NCBI GenBank assembly: GCA_038832865.1
Contig: JAWBJE010000006.1
Span: 670 to 64,669 of the forward strand
DNA from: Sulfolobales archaeon
Lineage (GTDB): Archaea; Thermoproteota; Thermoprotei_A; Sulfolobales; NBVN01
DNA: 64,000 nucleotides
Direction of reading: 5' to 3'
The notes beneath the pieces were generated by a model. That model saw nothing but the letters and a program-made list of their open reading frames with translations. It ran no database searches and was not told the DNA's origin. Made by a program: the position numbers and the translations under genes. Below, piece after piece: positions 18,732 through 29,258 of this stretch (position 1 is the stretch's first letter; each line of letters starts with the position of its first letter).

Positions 18732-19454
18732 ATGGTTAAAATCTACGTGGACATCAGAGAGAAGGAGTCGGAAGTACCTAAGTACCTAACAGAGCTAGGC
18801 GTGCTAGTGGTTTTTAAGCAGTTGGCGGTAGGAGACTACGTCATAGCTGAGGACGTTGTCGCCGAGAGAAAGACTGTTAGTGACTTAGCTAAGTCTGTCT
18901 TCGACGGAAGGTTCTTTAGTCAGCTATCTAGACTCACTCGCTCTGCCGAAAGGTGCTTCCTCATAGTTGAAGGAGACTTAGAGAAGATGAAGTACATTAC
19001 GTCGAACTACAAAAGCGTTTTGGCGGCCCTCTACTACTCCTCCATTGTAGACAGAGTACCGATCATACTCACAAGTGACCCAAAGCATACCGCCGAAATA
19101 CTGAAGTACTTATCCATGAAGCTCTACGATTCCCCTCGCGCTCTAAGAGCTACTAGAGTTTCTAAAAACAAGCCTGGAGACGCTCCACTAAGCGAGTGGC
19201 AATTATACGTGGTCTCAGCACTTCCAGGGGTTGGTGTCAAGACTGCCGAGAGGTTACTGAGAAAGTTCGGCAGCGTGAAAAGGGTTTTTAACGCTTCTAT
19301 AGCTGAGCTGGCAAGTACTGGAGGACTATCGGAGGAAAAAGCTAACTTCATCTTTAGGGTTATCAACGAGCCGTACGTTAGGAATGTCTCTGGAGACTTA
19401 AAAGTTTTCACCGAAAAAAGCAAGAGCAGTAACAGTAGTTCGGGTGGTTCATAG
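18732..19454 (+). CDS. xpf: Crenarchaeal XPF (ERCC4 nuclease + HhH2)
   Basis: VDIRE, GDY...ERKT..DL..S..DGR...Q, C-terminal LPGVG.KTA HhH motif. Confidence 0.93.
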   Translation: MVKIYVDIREKESEVPKYLTELGVLVVFKQLAVGDYVIAEDVVAERKTVSDLAKSVFDGRFFSQLSRLTRSAERCFLIVEGDLEKMKYITSNYKSVLAALYYSSIVDRVPIILTSDPKHTAEILKYLSMKLYDSPRALRATRVSKNKPGDAPLSEWQLYVVSALPGVGVKTAERLLRKFGSVKRVFNASIAELASTGGLSEEKANFIFRVINEPYVRNVSGDLKVFTEKSKSSNSSSGGS

Positions 19455-19461
19455 TAGCGGT

Positions 19462-20397
19462 TCAAGTTGGGTAGTACAGGAGGTGCTCTAACCTGACGTA
19501 CTTCTTTGGTATCTCAGCTCTAACCCCTTTTACCGGGTCAACAACTTGATTTATCCTCAGGTCTACTACCAGGCTGGCGAGCATATACGACTCCTCAAAG
19601 CTTAAGCTCTGCGCTCTCATGAGGGTATATACAGCCTCCTCGGAGGCTCTATAAACAGCCTCATCTAGATCCTTCCCGAAAGCCACAATCGAGTATTTGT
19701 CTTCACTCTCGATTACCGGGTACCTGGGCCTCTTTCCCTTCACTAAACCTACCTTAACTCTCACTTCACCTGAGGCTTCGGCGGCCGCCACGCATATTTC
19801 TCCATCAGCTTGAACCACGTGTATGTCTCCTACAGCTAGTAGAGCACCATCGGCAAACACCGGTAGGTATGCTCTGCTCCCCACTGTAAGCAAAGCCACG
19901 TCCATATTCCCTCCATGATAGCCGGAGGTGCCTGTTGGAAGTTCTCCTTCTTCAGGAGCCACGCCTAGCACACCAACCATAGGTCTAACCTTGATCTCTA
20001 GGTTTCCGAACATCAACTTATCCCCAACTACTCTCAGTACCTTGACCGATGGTCTAAAGTTCTTGTCCGGTAGCGCCCCGAACCCCGGCGCTACGAGGAT
20101 CACGGCCCTATCCGATACCTTTATATCCTCTATTTCGACTATCAGTGTGTCGCCCGGTCTAGCCCCCTCGACGTAGAGAGGTCCAGTTGCCGGGTTTACC
20201 CTGCTCCAGTCGATCTTATCGAGAGTCGTCGACTCATCCACGATCTGACCTCCTAGAGCATCAACCGTTTCAAAGATAACCGAGTCTCCAGGAACCACCG
20301 TGTACTTAGCTTGATGCTTTTTGGAGAAGCTGTAGATAACATGATCCCTCGGGATCCTAATGGTCAAGCTTTCACCAACAGTAAAAGGGCTCCACAA
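19462..20397 (-). CDS. Acetamidase/formamidase family protein
   Basis: NPATGPLYVEGARPGD, HGGNMD, GDIH..QADGEIC. Confidence 0.92.
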   Translation of the reverse strand: MWSPFTVGESLTIRIPRDHVIYSFSKKHQAKYTVVPGDSVIFETVDALGGQIVDESTTLDKIDWSRVNPATGPLYVEGARPGDTLIVEIEDIKVSDRAVILVAPGFGALPDKNFRPSVKVLRVVGDKLMFGNLEIKVRPMVGVLGVAPEEGELPTGTSGYHGGNMDVALLTVGSRAYLPVFADGALLAVGDIHVVQADGEICVAAAEASGEVRVKVGLVKGKRPRYPVIESEDKYSIVAFGKDLDEAVYRASEEAVYTLMRAQSLSFEESYMLASLVVDLRINQVVDPVKGVRAEIPKKYVRLEHLLYYPT

Positions 20398-20562
20398 CTT
20401 ATTAAGACGGCTAGCCGTCTCCTCGCGAAAGTTGGTGGAGTTTAAACCTGCTCAAACCCTCTGAGGGAGCGTGGCTATGGCTACCGTATGGAGCCACATA
20501 AAGCTGAGCCGAGTCGGTAAAAACGGTTCGGGGTCTATTATTTGCTACGCCTCGGGCTGTAC

Positions 20563-21774
20563 TTATGAGCGTCTACCTTCCGGCTCAATTACTCTACTAA
20601 CTATCTTCGCGCTTAGGTTCCCGTATTTAGCCCATATGTAGCAGGTCCCCTCTTGAGAGACCATGCACGGCCCGTAGGGTTTGCTTGGCGTACATGCTTT
20701 CATAAACATCAAGCACTGCGTGGGCTTAGCTATCCCTAACATTACTTCACCGCACCTACACGATGGGGGGAGGTCGGGACTGCCGGACGCTGTAGTGAGC
20801 ACGTAACCCTCGGGTCCTGGGGGCCTCAAACCGTACTGCTGGTATGCGTCAAGCTCTTTAAACCTCTCTCTTAATAGGAGGCCGCTTCTCGGTATATACC
20901 CTATCCCCCTCCAAGCGCTATCAGCTTCCTCGAAGACCTCGCTTATGTACTTTCTCGCTAGCAAGTTGCCCTCCCACTTTACAGCCCTCCTGTATTCGAT
21001 GTAGAGACCTGGAGACTTCTCGGAGATCATCCTCACTATTTCTGCTATAGACACGAGGAGGTCGAAGCCGTCGAATCCCGATACGGCCACCGCTATGCCA
21101 AACTCCTTGGGAAGGAACTCCCACGCGGAAGCCCCTGTTATCACCGAGACATGCCCGGGGGCTACTACACCTCTTATCGGGAGAAGACCTCTTTCCTTAT
21201 AGAGCTTAACGGTATACCTCATGACTGGTGGGGTCAGCCTTAAAGCACTCAAGAGCTTGAGGTTCCTGGGTACCTTACCGCTGCGTATCGGAATAGCGTA
21301 CGATGGGGCGGTAGTCTCAAAGCCTATTCCCAGAAAAATCGACTCCCTACCGTCACTCCTGGAGTCCTGTATGGCGTCGTAGAAGCTGTAAACCACTCTA
21401 ACATCCGCACCAAGAGCCTTAGCTTCCGCTAAGCTACGAGGAGGGCTGAGAGAAGTAGACGGGACTCTGAAAGCATCACCAAAGGTATAGACCCTTAGTC
21501 CCTCTAGAGACAGCTTTACTGCCTGCTCAATGATAGAACCGGGAGTTACGCAAACCGGGCATCCAGGACCGGCCACGAGTTCTATAACTTCAGGAAGTAG
21601 GGACCTTATACCGTACCTAACAGCGGTCCACTCGTGAGTTCCGCAGAAGTTCATTATTTTCAAGGGGGCTTCCTTAGAGAGGTCCAACCTACTTAAAGAG
21701 TCCCTTATGAGTCTTATAGCTAGCTGTACGACCCTTTCTGACCCCAATCGCTTGATTGTCTCCTCTACTTCCAT
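20563..21774 (-). CDS. hypD: [NiFe]-hydrogenase maturation protein HypD
   Basis: CGTHE, GPGCPVC, GFETT, PGHVS, CMVSQEGTC. Confidence 0.97.
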   Translation of the reverse strand: MEVEETIKRLGSERVVQLAIRLIRDSLSRLDLSKEAPLKIMNFCGTHEWTAVRYGIRSLLPEVIELVAGPGCPVCVTPGSIIEQAVKLSLEGLRVYTFGDAFRVPSTSLSPPRSLAEAKALGADVRVVYSFYDAIQDSRSDGRESIFLGIGFETTAPSYAIPIRSGKVPRNLKLLSALRLTPPVMRYTVKLYKERGLLPIRGVVAPGHVSVITGASAWEFLPKEFGIAVAVSGFDGFDLLVSIAEIVRMISEKSPGLYIEYRRAVKWEGNLLARKYISEVFEEADSAWRGIGYIPRSGLLLRERFKELDAYQQYGLRPPGPEGYVLTTASGSPDLPPSCRCGEVMLGIAKPTQCLMFMKACTPSKPYGPCMVSQEGTCYIWAKYGNLSAKIVSRVIEPEGRRS

Positions 21775-21895
21775 TTCGCTTCCAACTACTACTTCAAACT
21801 GTAGTCTAAACTAATTTCGAGCTCTCTAACCGTAAAAAGGCGCTCACCCTAATGAGGGCCCGCGGGTTGCTACACGCTCGATGTCGTTGCTTCAA

Positions 21896-22315
21896 CTACC
21901 TGCTGGGTTTTCCGTACACACCCAACTTCTCCAGTACTCTAGTAGTTTGAATGACTGCTCACTTATCTGTGACAGAAGACTTGCCTAAGGCCAGGAGTTC
22001 AGCAGCGATCTTCCTCTGGCGAGGGTCTAGAAGAAGGAGTCCCAGTAGGAACGCCTTTTCCTCAGCTGTTAAAGGTTTGCCAAACTCCCCGGGAAGCTTG
22101 ACTAAGGCCTTACCTAAATCACTTAGATCCCACGTATCCTTACCTACTCTTATAACCAAAGGGTTCCATTCGAGAAGTACCTCGCGCACCCAAGCTCCTC
22201 TGGCCCTAAGAGTTGGGTAGATCTTCCTGAGTTCTGCTCCTATCTCTCTCCTGGTTCGGGGTCCGCTTGCTAGAATTCTTGCCACATCTCTACATCTAAC
22301 ATCGTATAATACCAT
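21896..22315 (-). pseudogene. Winged-helix-like protein with premature TGA
   Basis: wHTH-like pattern (GPRTRREI ... WDLSDLGKAL); TGA at 21959-21961 followed in frame by AVIQTTRVLEKLGVYGKPSR*. Confidence 0.55.
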
Positions 22316-22580
22316 GCTCCGACCGTGACTACAATCTCTAAAAAGCTTATATTTTTGTCATTCTTTTCATTCTTCATGTAGTTTGATATCGTCAAGACCT
22401 CCCCGCCTAGAGTCTAGAGTTAGACCAACGGCGGCCACGGCCTCTCTTTACGGTATTACCAGCACCATAAGGCTTTGAATTAGCGGTAAGCAAAAGCAAT
22501 ACACACGTTGATATATCTACCGTAAATAGGAACTCGATCGGGCTATATTAGAGAGAAAGCTGATAGAGATAGTAGGCAGA

Positions 22581-22967
22581 GTGCTCAAGAGTTTAGGTAT
22601 GGATGTCTATTCAAACGTCGTAGTAGGAGAGCTAGAAATAGACCTTGTAGCACTAGAGGACGGCGGTAGCAGACCGCTTATTTATGTGGTCGAGGTAAAG
22701 TCGAGACCCAAGCAAAAGCTACTTCATCAACTACTGAAGAGAGTTAGTCTCTCGGACTATGTCTACGCCGCCCTCCCCGTTAGACACTACTCCTACCTCC
22801 TGGAGGTACCGGAACCTTTGGGCTCGCTAGCAGTCGACGCGAACCATCAGGTCGTCTACGAGATCAAGAAGCCTACATACATCGGCAACGGTTGGAGGCT
22901 CCTAGAGATAATGAGGTCTCGCCCTCCACGGACGGACCTGCGAGAACCGGGCAACGCCCTGGGCTAG
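22581..22967 (+). CDS. Small PD-(D/E)XK-superfamily nuclease-like protein
   Basis: EIDLVA...VVEVKS core, Q-L helix, DYVYAALP strand; in-frame upstream ELDRAILERKLIE helix lacks an intact start codon. Confidence 0.7.
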   Translation: MLKSLGMDVYSNVVVGELEIDLVALEDGGSRPLIYVVEVKSRPKQKLLHQLLKRVSLSDYVYAALPVRHYSYLLEVPEPLGSLAVDANHQVVYEIKKPTYIGNGWRLLEIMRSRPPRTDLREPGNALG

Positions 22968-23074
22968 CAGACCCCAAATGGGGGAGCTTACCCGGGGTCA
23001 CTCCCTCATTTGGAGCCATGCTTGCCCGGAGCGTACCTGGTTCCCGTAGGTCTGTCCGTGGAGGCTGGCGCCTC
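22913..23074. repeat. ~160-nt imperfect palindrome (two ~80-nt inverted arms)
   Basis: CCTCCACGGACGGACCTGCGAGAACCGGG pairs with CCTGGTTCCCGTAGGTCTGTCCGTGGAGG; pairing continues inward to a centre near 22993. Confidence 0.9.
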
Positions 23075-23916
23075 CACATAGTGTTTGCACGTAGAGTTAG
23101 TTTACCTTTACTATCGTAATATGTTAAACCTTTTTTTCACGGTATTACGGAGTGGAAGAGTTTTTTCTAATTAGACACCTTGAGCTCTGGGTAACGAACA
23201 TTTATAAAGCTAGCTCAAGTAGCTCAAAAAGACCCGAACCTAGCTGTCTCGTAACCAAACCCAGACCCCAAGAGTGCTGGTGTTCGTGTGATGTGTATGG
23301 TTTCCAGAGCACGACGCTGTTCTCAGCTGAGACAGGTAAGATCATCTATCACCATCGCTGAGCTCATCACCGACACAGCACCTGTTTCCCGTTTGCTGTC
23401 GTTTTCAGCCTAATATGCTATAGCATGAACAAGGATATGAAAGGCTCTCCTAGCCTGATTACATCTCGACGGCAGTGATCATCCAAGGGGTCTGGTGGCT
23501 GTTTTGTTGCGCTAGTTCTCGAGAATCTCCGAAGTTTTTTCCCACGCTGGTGTAAGGTTTTCGGAGAGATGCTACTCCGCTAGTGAGACTTGTGGAACTC
23601 TAGGGGCTAGCAAGTAGGGCTCCTAGGAGGCGGGTAGCGGGAGAGGGGTCGACCGTCGGCGTCTGTAATAGGCGGAGGACACCCCTATTTAATAGACGCT
23701 TAACGGCGTCGCGAACTTTCTCGTTATTCTGTTTATACGCAACAGAAGCCTGTGAAGCATCTGAGCGTCGTCTTGGGCAACTGCACCTTGGTCCACTTTG
23801 CGCTGTTCGCCAGGTCTCTTACCGCTCTACCCCATATGTCCCCCTTCCCCATGATCGGGTCGTAGTCCATGGTCTTCTTCAGCCTCCATTAAGGTGTAAG
23901 GAGAGCTCGAAGAGGC

Positions 23917-24909
23917 TTAGAAAGGCTTTAGTGTGCTGCTGGTATGGCGGGCTTTGATGAGCTTCAGCATGAATCTATACGTGAACGCTGTAAGTGCTGC
24001 TATTAGCACTACGTATGCTACTGACTCAGCGAGCGGGTACGCTTCGGCAACCGAGCTAGCTTGCCTAGCCCTTCTTGAAAACAGTAGCGGGTAGTCGGAG
24101 TAGAGCGCTAGCACAACGATGCTCGTTGTCTCAACGTTTACGTCTCCCTCGGTGATGATTTTATCGTTTACTACTCTGTAGTCTGTTCTTATCCCACCTG
24201 TCTCGGGGTCTTGAGCCAGTGCTATTATCTCAAGACACTTGTTCCTGACGTAGACGTAGTCTTCGACGACGTCTGACCCCGCGGCTTCGAGGGCACGGTG
24301 GAGGTAGATGAAGAGCGCGCACTTGTACGTACTATACACGCCTACAGCCTCGTATGCTTTATCTCTGAACCCGTATCCATTCCACATCCTAGTCAAATTC
24401 AAGAAGAGGAGTTCAGCGTGTGGTCTGAAGCCTCGGAGTAGTCTATTTAGAGCACGATACACGACTAAGTCGGCGTACTCGTACCAATTCTCTATAGTCC
24501 GGTCTCCAGGTTTCTCGTAGAGTATGACGTAGCCGTTCACTTCTCCGATGTACTCGTACTTCACTGTGTAGAACACGTCCGGTATGTCTACGCCGAAGAG
24601 TACCTCAATTCTACTGTTAAAGCCTCCACCGTACTCGCTGTTTAGCTTCGTGAGTATCCTTCTAGATATATCCATGTCTCCCAGGACATAGAGAGCTCTT
24701 GCTGCGAGAACGTTGTCGTTTGCCACATATATTGTCATGTTGTCCGGATACGCTCTCACAGCCGCTCTAAGCAATCCGGCCTCCTCGATGTACTGGGATC
24801 TCAGAAACATTAGTACGCGCTGGGCATCGATAACGCTATAAACGTCGTGAGCGTGGGCACCACTAAAGAGAGTAACGAGCATAAGCACCGAGATTATCAA
24901 CACCTTCAT
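23917..24909 (-). CDS. Hypothetical secreted, C-terminally anchored helical protein
   Basis: Likely start MKVLII with a signal peptide ending AHA; C-terminal TM plus basic tail. Confidence 0.75.
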   Translation of the reverse strand: MKVLIISVLMLVTLFSGAHAHDVYSVIDAQRVLMFLRSQYIEEAGLLRAAVRAYPDNMTIYVANDNVLAARALYVLGDMDISRRILTKLNSEYGGGFNSRIEVLFGVDIPDVFYTVKYEYIGEVNGYVILYEKPGDRTIENWYEYADLVVYRALNRLLRGFRPHAELLFLNLTRMWNGYGFRDKAYEAVGVYSTYKCALFIYLHRALEAAGSDVVEDYVYVRNKCLEIIALAQDPETGGIRTDYRVVNDKIITEGDVNVETTSIVVLALYSDYPLLFSRRARQASSVAEAYPLAESVAYVVLIAALTAFTYRFMLKLIKARHTSSTLKPF

Positions 24910-25195
24910 CAACACACTCAAGGTAAAGAGGAGTGAGGAAAAACTGGAGTATTTCGTCGATGAAGAAAGGTACTTACCCCAGGAGGTCAACAATAGACAG
25001 CAAAAGGAAGTTAGAGGCTGTTTCCTATCTATATGTTTCTGTTCCTTGAAGGTTTCTCTAGGATTTTCGAGGCCTTTAATGCGATTGAGTGCGAGCAAGG
25101 CCTACAAGCCTTCGGGGCTCGAGAGTTTCGGCGACCTCGGGCTCGGAGAACAGCGGCAGACTGCGGAAACCTAGGACGGGAGACGGTACGATTGG

Positions 25196-25759
25196 TCAAA
25201 GCTCCTCGGATACCATGAGCTTCATTATTAAGTCGCTTATTACTCTTCTCGCCTCTTCTGGTAGTGTTCCCGACTTGAGAATTTCCTCTATTCTCTGCTT
25301 GGTAGATTCGACTATGTCGATTACTGAGGCGTACCCCTTGTTGAGGTACCGAATCCCCTGAAGCATTGTGGCGATATTGTCACAGATTCTTATCAGTGTA
25401 GCCTCTAAGCTCTTACCCTCCAATAGCTCCTGGTAAATATCTAAGTAGTTATCCATGCCCAACTCCCGAATGGCTCTCTCTTCTAGCTGTCGGGAACCGC
25501 CAATAGACTCCTTAACTGCTCTAACTATATCGCCGATAATGCTTTCGGCGAGGTCGTGCAGCAACGCGAGTTTGAGTACCTTAGACACGTCTACTGTCAC
25601 TCCGACACTTGTGAGGCGGTCGGCGATAATCATGGATAGGAAGGCTACTTCGAAAGAGTGGGAACCGACCGTTTCCGAGTCAGAAGGTGGTATACCCCGC
25701 ATCATCCACCCGGTTCTAGCGATATTCTTAACCCTCATAGCTAGACCATACTTAACCAA
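25196..25759 (-). CDS. HD-domain hydrolase (YfbR/HDDC2-like 5'-deoxynucleotidase)
   Basis: RTGW, ETVGSHS, LLHDLAESIIGDI. Confidence 0.9.
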   Translation of the reverse strand: MVKYGLAMRVKNIARTGWMMRGIPPSDSETVGSHSFEVAFLSMIIADRLTSVGVTVDVSKVLKLALLHDLAESIIGDIVRAVKESIGGSRQLEERAIRELGMDNYLDIYQELLEGKSLEATLIRICDNIATMLQGIRYLNKGYASVIDIVESTKQRIEEILKSGTLPEEARRVISDLIMKLMVSEEL

Positions 25760-25942
25760 TCCTCGACACCCTTAAGTAACCCTGGAAGGAAGTTTAAATA
25801 ACTGGTCTAATGCTATGCAGAGAATAAGTCGAACGACAGAAATAGAGATAAACTCAGATGGAGAACCTGTTAAAACTTACTTATACATCAGAACACGTCG
25901 TAATGAACAGCTTTAAAACTAACTTCGGTAATACTTCTATGA

Positions 25943-27220
25943 GTGAAGCACATGAGTAGCGGTAAGATTAGCTACCTCCAGTGGATGCTCCAAGTTCTCA
26001 GGAAATCCGTCGACCTCGCCGGTCTTCCGGAAGAAGTCTACCAGATATTAAGTAAGCCCGAGAGAGTGTTGGTCGTTAGCATACCCGTCAGAATGGATAA
26101 TGGGAAACTAGTAGTATTTGAGGGGTATAGGGTACAGCACAACAGCGCGCTAGGACCGTATAAGGGTGGAATAAGATTCCACCCCGAAGTAGACCTCGAG
26201 ACGGATATAGCTTTAGCTCTTGGAATGACCCTTAAGAACTCTCTAAACGGCCTACCGTACGGTGGTGGTAAGGGAGCCGTTAAAGTAGACCCAAAGAAGC
26301 TCTCCCAAGGAGAGCTGGAGAGGCTTTCAAGAGGTTACGCTAGAGCCATAGCACCGCTAATAGGAGACCTTGTGGACATACCTGCTCCAGACGTCGGCAC
26401 CAACCCGCAGATAATGGCTTGGATGGTAGATGAGTACAGCAAGCTCAAGGGCTACAACGTCCCCGGGGTCTTTACCGCTAAACCCCCGGACCTGTGGGGC
26501 AATCCAGTAAGACTATACTCGACGGGATTCGGAACAGCTGTAGCCGGTAAGGTGGCCGCAGAAAAGTATCTAGGAACATTCGAGGGTCTTAGGGTATCGG
26601 TACACGGGTTCGGAAACGTAGGTCAGTACGCAGCATTATTCTCAGCGAAGTTCGGTGCGAAGGTGGTAGCGATAAGCGATACTTCCGGCACCGTCTACGA
26701 CCCTAATGGTATAGACGTAGAGCTAGCTATTAAGGTAAAGGAGAGCACCGGGAAGGTGATCAACTATCCCAAAGGAGAGAAGATACCTAACCCGGATGCA
26801 TCTCTGTACGTAGACTGTGAGGTGCTAATGCCATCAGCTATAGAAAACGTAATTAGAGAAGACAACGTCAATAAGGTTAAGGCGAGGATCATATCGGAGG
26901 GGGCTAACGGGCCGACCACACCCGAAGCTGAAAAGGTACTGTACGAACGTGGAGCAGTCGTAGTCCCCGATATAGCCGCAAATGCCGGAGGCGTCGTCAT
27001 GTCGTACCTGGAGTGGGTAGAGAACCTACAATGGTACTGGTGGCCTGAGGAGGAAACCCTAAGGAGGATTGAGTCTATCATGGTTGGCAACATTAAGAGA
27101 CTAATATCTAAGTACGAGTCGCTTAGGAGCGAAAAAGGACTAGTGACAATGAGAGATGCAGCGTTCGTTCTAGCTGTTGAGAGGATTTATAAGGCGATGA
27201 AGCTGAGAGGCTGGATATAG
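25943..27220 (+). CDS. gdhA: Glutamate dehydrogenase
   Basis: [41 protein letters not shown]. Confidence 0.97.
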   Translation: MKHMSSGKISYLQWMLQVLRKSVDLAGLPEEVYQILSKPERVLVVSIPVRMDNGKLVVFEGYRVQHNSALGPYKGGIRFHPEVDLETDIALALGMTLKNSLNGLPYGGGKGAVKVDPKKLSQGELERLSRGYARAIAPLIGDLVDIPAPDVGTNPQIMAWMVDEYSKLKGYNVPGVFTAKPPDLWGNPVRLYSTGFGTAVAGKVAAEKYLGTFEGLRVSVHGFGNVGQYAALFSAKFGAKVVAISDTSGTVYDPNGIDVELAIKVKESTGKVINYPKGEKIPNPDASLYVDCEVLMPSAIENVIREDNVNKVKARIISEGANGPTTPEAEKVLYERGAVVVPDIAANAGGVVMSYLEWVENLQWYWWPEEETLRRIESIMVGNIKRLISKYESLRSEKGLVTMRDAAFVLAVERIYKAMKLRGWI

Positions 27221-27809
27221 AGGTCATCTACACTCCAACTCTACTAAACCACTTTTTCAGTTCAACTCTTTTTCATGCACTATTGTGGAAGCACGTAATG
27301 CGAGCCTGCTAGCTCTCACGTAGCTCTATAGTTCATTTTTATTGCCGCCATCTCATCGCTGTTACCGGTTTTAGAACGCCGAAAAGCAGCCGTTCGGGTT
27401 TCACATCACTCGATTGTAAGCCAAAGCCCTATAAGCGCCTATGCCTAGTGACACGTTGGAACAGTCTCAATGGGGGTCCGAGAATCTCGGAGAAGCCCTC
27501 CGAGGTACACAAGGTACTGGGTCATGGGCGTCTTAAGAGCGTCCACGAGCCGAATGAGGACCCAAACTGGACTCTAGAAAGCTGAGACGAGACAACAGAG
27601 TCGACTAATGAACTCGCGCAGGAGTTAAACCCGTCGGAGACCGCCTACTCCTACTGCTAAAGTTGTGTTTCGGGTCCTAATCCGACGCCTTAACTGTAGC
27701 AGCTGCTGAGATGCCTAAGCTTAAGCCGGGAGTTAGTTGAAAGGGCGTGAGGCACGTTAGAAGAGGAGTGTAAAACTATATATCTTAGGCTTCTCTACTA
27801 CTCCTGAGG

Positions 27810-29258
27810 TTGAACCGAGTGATAGACGAGAGTGTTCTCGTAAGAGCCCTAGATTTAGCTCTCTCTCAAGGTGCCACATATGCTGAAGTAAGATTCCAAG
27901 AAGACGTCTTCGACTACCTACTGATGAGAAACGGTAGAGTGCTCTCCCTTACTACTTCTATCGTTAGGGGGATTGGCATTAGGGTTCTCGTAGGTGGAGC
28001 CCTAGGGTTTGCGGCAACTGACAGGCTCGATAGAGACTCCGTGGAGACTACGGTCAGAGAAGCTATTGGTAGAGCAAGGTCCGTCTCTCCGTTGATGAAG
28101 ACGCCAATAGAGTTCGACGAATCTAAGGTCGGTAGAGCGAGCTTTGAGGTTATACCTAAGGTTAGCTTTGAAAACCTGGGGATCGAAGAAAGGGTTGAGT
28201 TGGGTAGGGAAACTTATAAAGCCGCTAGTGGAGCTCTAAGAGAAGCGCGCCTCTCCGTCCTCACCTTTAGTATAAGGACACACACGCAGAAGAAGTTGAT
28301 AGTTAATAGCGATGGTGCTTACGTTAGGTCTACAGTTCCCAGAATATACGTGTGGGTAAATTTCGTTGAGCATTCCCCTGAGAAGGGGACCATTCAGAGA
28401 CACGTAGACTTCGGAGCATCAGGAGGCCCCGAATGGTTAAGAGAGTGGAGAGTTGTGGAAGAAGTATCTCGAGAAGCTATTAACCTCGAGAAGGTGCTCA
28501 CTAAAGGTATTGAGCCTCCGAAAGAAGAGGTGGACGTAGTAGTCGGATCGGAAATAGTTGGCCTCATAGTCCACGAGTCCGCTGGTCATCCCATGGAGGC
28601 AGACAGGATTCTTGGAAGAGAGGCCGCTCAAGCTGGAGAGTCTTACGTGAAGCCGGAGATGGTGGGGAAATACGTAGTTGGTAACGAGTTCGCTACGGTT
28701 ATTGAGGATCCGACGATACCGGGAAGCAACGGCTTTTACCTCTACGACGACGAGGGAGTTACCGCAAGACCCAGGTACCTTTACAAGGAAGGCCTGATCT
28801 ACGAGCCTCTCCACAACAGACACACAGCTAAGTTGTTCGGCACGCTAAGCAACGGTGCCGCAAGAGCTATGAACTACGCAAGCGAGCCGATAATTAGGAT
28901 GAGCAACACTTATTTAAAACCTGGAGATATGAGCTTTGAAGAGCTTATTGAAGATATAAAACTAGGTGTTTACATGAAGTCGTACATGGAGTGGAACATA
29001 GACGATATAAGATGGAACCAAAGGTACGTGGGTTTGGAATCATACCTGATTGTTAACGGCGAGGTCACAAACCCCGTCCGCAACCCAGTTCTAGAGGTTA
29101 CCACAAAAAGCTTCTACAGCAAGATCTCCGGAGCTGGAAAGCGGCTAGTGTTCTATCCTGGTACGTGCGGAAAGGGAGAACCTTCGCAGGGCGTCCCGGT
29201 ATGGTATGGAGGGCCGGATGTTAGACTCTCGAAAGTTAAGTTGGGTGTTGCCGTATGA
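27810..29258 (+). CDS. tldD: TldD metalloprotease
   Basis: GIGIRV, HESAGHPMEAD (HExxxH), DDEGV, RMSNT, CGK. Confidence 0.95.
   Translation: MNRVIDESVLVRALDLALSQGATYAEVRFQEDVFDYLLMRNGRVLSLTTSIVRGIGIRVLVGGALGFAATDRLDRDSVETTVREAIGRARSVSPLMKTPIEFDESKVGRASFEVIPKVSFENLGIEERVELGRETYKAASGALREARLSVLTFSIRTHTQKKLIVNSDGAYVRSTVPRIYVWVNFVEHSPEKGTIQRHVDFGASGGPEWLREWRVVEEVSREAINLEKVLTKGIEPPKEEVDVVVGSEIVGLIVHESAGHPMEADRILGREAAQAGESYVKPEMVGKYVVGNEFATVIEDPTIPGSNGFYLYDDEGVTARPRYLYKEGLIYEPLHNRHTAKLFGTLSNGAARAMNYASEPIIRMSNTYLKPGDMSFEELIEDIKLGVYMKSYMEWNIDDIRWNQRYVGLESYLIVNGEVTNPVRNPVLEVTTKSFYSKISGAGKRLVFYPGTCGKGEPSQGVPVWYGGPDVRLSKVKLGVAV

Noticed and set aside
23917-25098. 393-aa version of the secreted protein
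   Set aside because: The extra ~63 N-terminal residues precede a clear signal peptide beginning at 24909.
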